Origin: Octopus bimaculoides | Lineage: Eukaryota | Assembly (NCBI RefSeq): GCF_001194135.2 | Contig: NC_069004.1 | Coordinates: 16,530,652 to 16,594,651 of the forward strand | Length of the DNA stretch: 64,000 nucleotides | Direction: 5' to 3' | Shown here: positions 63,598 to 64,000 of the stretch, one piece after another | Layout of the letters: each line of letters begins with the position of its first letter | How positions within the stretch are numbered: the stretch's first letter is position 1 | Made by a program: the position numbers and the translations under genes | The notes under the pieces: model-generated | The model's database searches: none | The model's input: only the letters and a program-made list of their open reading frames with translations | Told to the model about the DNA's origin: nothing

Positions 63598-64000
63598 AGA
63601 AAGTGATAAAGAGACAGATTTAAGACACCTAGGAAATGCCTTGAAAACCATCATCAACAGCAACCCCTCATACCAACATTTACAGCAACAGGATCAAAGT
63701 GGTAGTGGCATGATGCCACCAGCACCTTCCCCTTATCCAGGGGAAACTGGTTCCACTGTGAACATGAACCCGGATGGCATGGATGTACATGTTGGAAGCA
63801 ACTCAAACAGTCGACTAGGCTGGGATATTTTCAATTCACATCAACAGTCTATAGACAACAGCATGTCCAATATGTCATACGGTACCCCATCTGTTGCCGT
63901 GATGGCTATGGGGGGCTTCAATATTGCTAGCACGGCATCAAATAATTCCTGGACCAATGTGTCTACTTCTCGCACTGCTCACAATTCTCAAATGCAGAGC
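63598..64000 (+). CDS. NCOA: NCOA exon 9 (runs off the window): RESDKETDLRHLGNALKTIINSNPSYQHLQQQDQSGSGMMPPAPSP...NSQMQS
   Basis: ttttgtcttctacag acceptor; phase 2 completes the R of STHVILRE; 134 further codons with no stop to the window end; S/N/Q/M/G-rich. Confidence 0.9.

Larger units (their letters stand above)
4213..64000 (+). other. NCOA: p160 steroid/nuclear receptor coactivator gene (NCOA/SRC/Taiman orthologue), partial: 9 coding exons, 8 introns
   Basis: Manually spliced exons give ...SKPSIV...[56 protein letters not shown]...TFFCRMLIKP...QSCLLCIARR...FTTKQDLNGKII...FRFKLQDN...STHVILRE. This parallels the vertebrate NCOA pattern LGPLLLQALDGFLFVVN...SVYNILH...TFNCRML...QSCMICVARR...FITRHDLSGKVV...STHFLQRE as I recall it. 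All intron phases agree. Confidence 0.93.

Overview
Eukaryotic, AT-rich and generally CpG-depleted genomic DNA. The repeat families look like octopus (coleoid cephalopod) repeats; this species call is from recognition only, not a database search. The window is the interior of one large + strand gene, the p160 nuclear receptor coactivator (NCOA/SRC, insect Taiman) orthologue. Nine coding exons (4213-4313, 19049-19138, 25490-25580, 30759-30836, 31813-31914, 32582-32705, 35217-35323, 57229-57376, 63598->64000) have GT-AG boundaries and matching phases. They splice into one open frame of 414 codons covering the post-bHLH linker, PAS-A, PAS-B and the start of the low-complexity region. None of these exons is called as such by the ORF track. 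The bHLH exons lie upstream of the window and the C-terminus downstream. The introns are packed with decayed transposons: mariner x2, maT/Tc1, piggyBac, Helitrons, a Mag-like Gypsy element with both LTRs and a TSD, RTE, CR1-like and R4/Dong-like LINEs, and tRNA-derived SINEs. Best leads: (1) a roughly 4 kb CpG-retaining, motif-rich island inside intron 7 that looks like an internal promoter for an isoform lacking bHLH-PAS; (2) a tRNA-headed element carrying a Penelope-type hammerhead ribozyme core; (3) near-identical inverted RTE ends bracketing exons 3-7; (4) R4/Dong-like LINE ends stacked in (TAA)n tracts. No prokaryotic system or CRISPR array is present.
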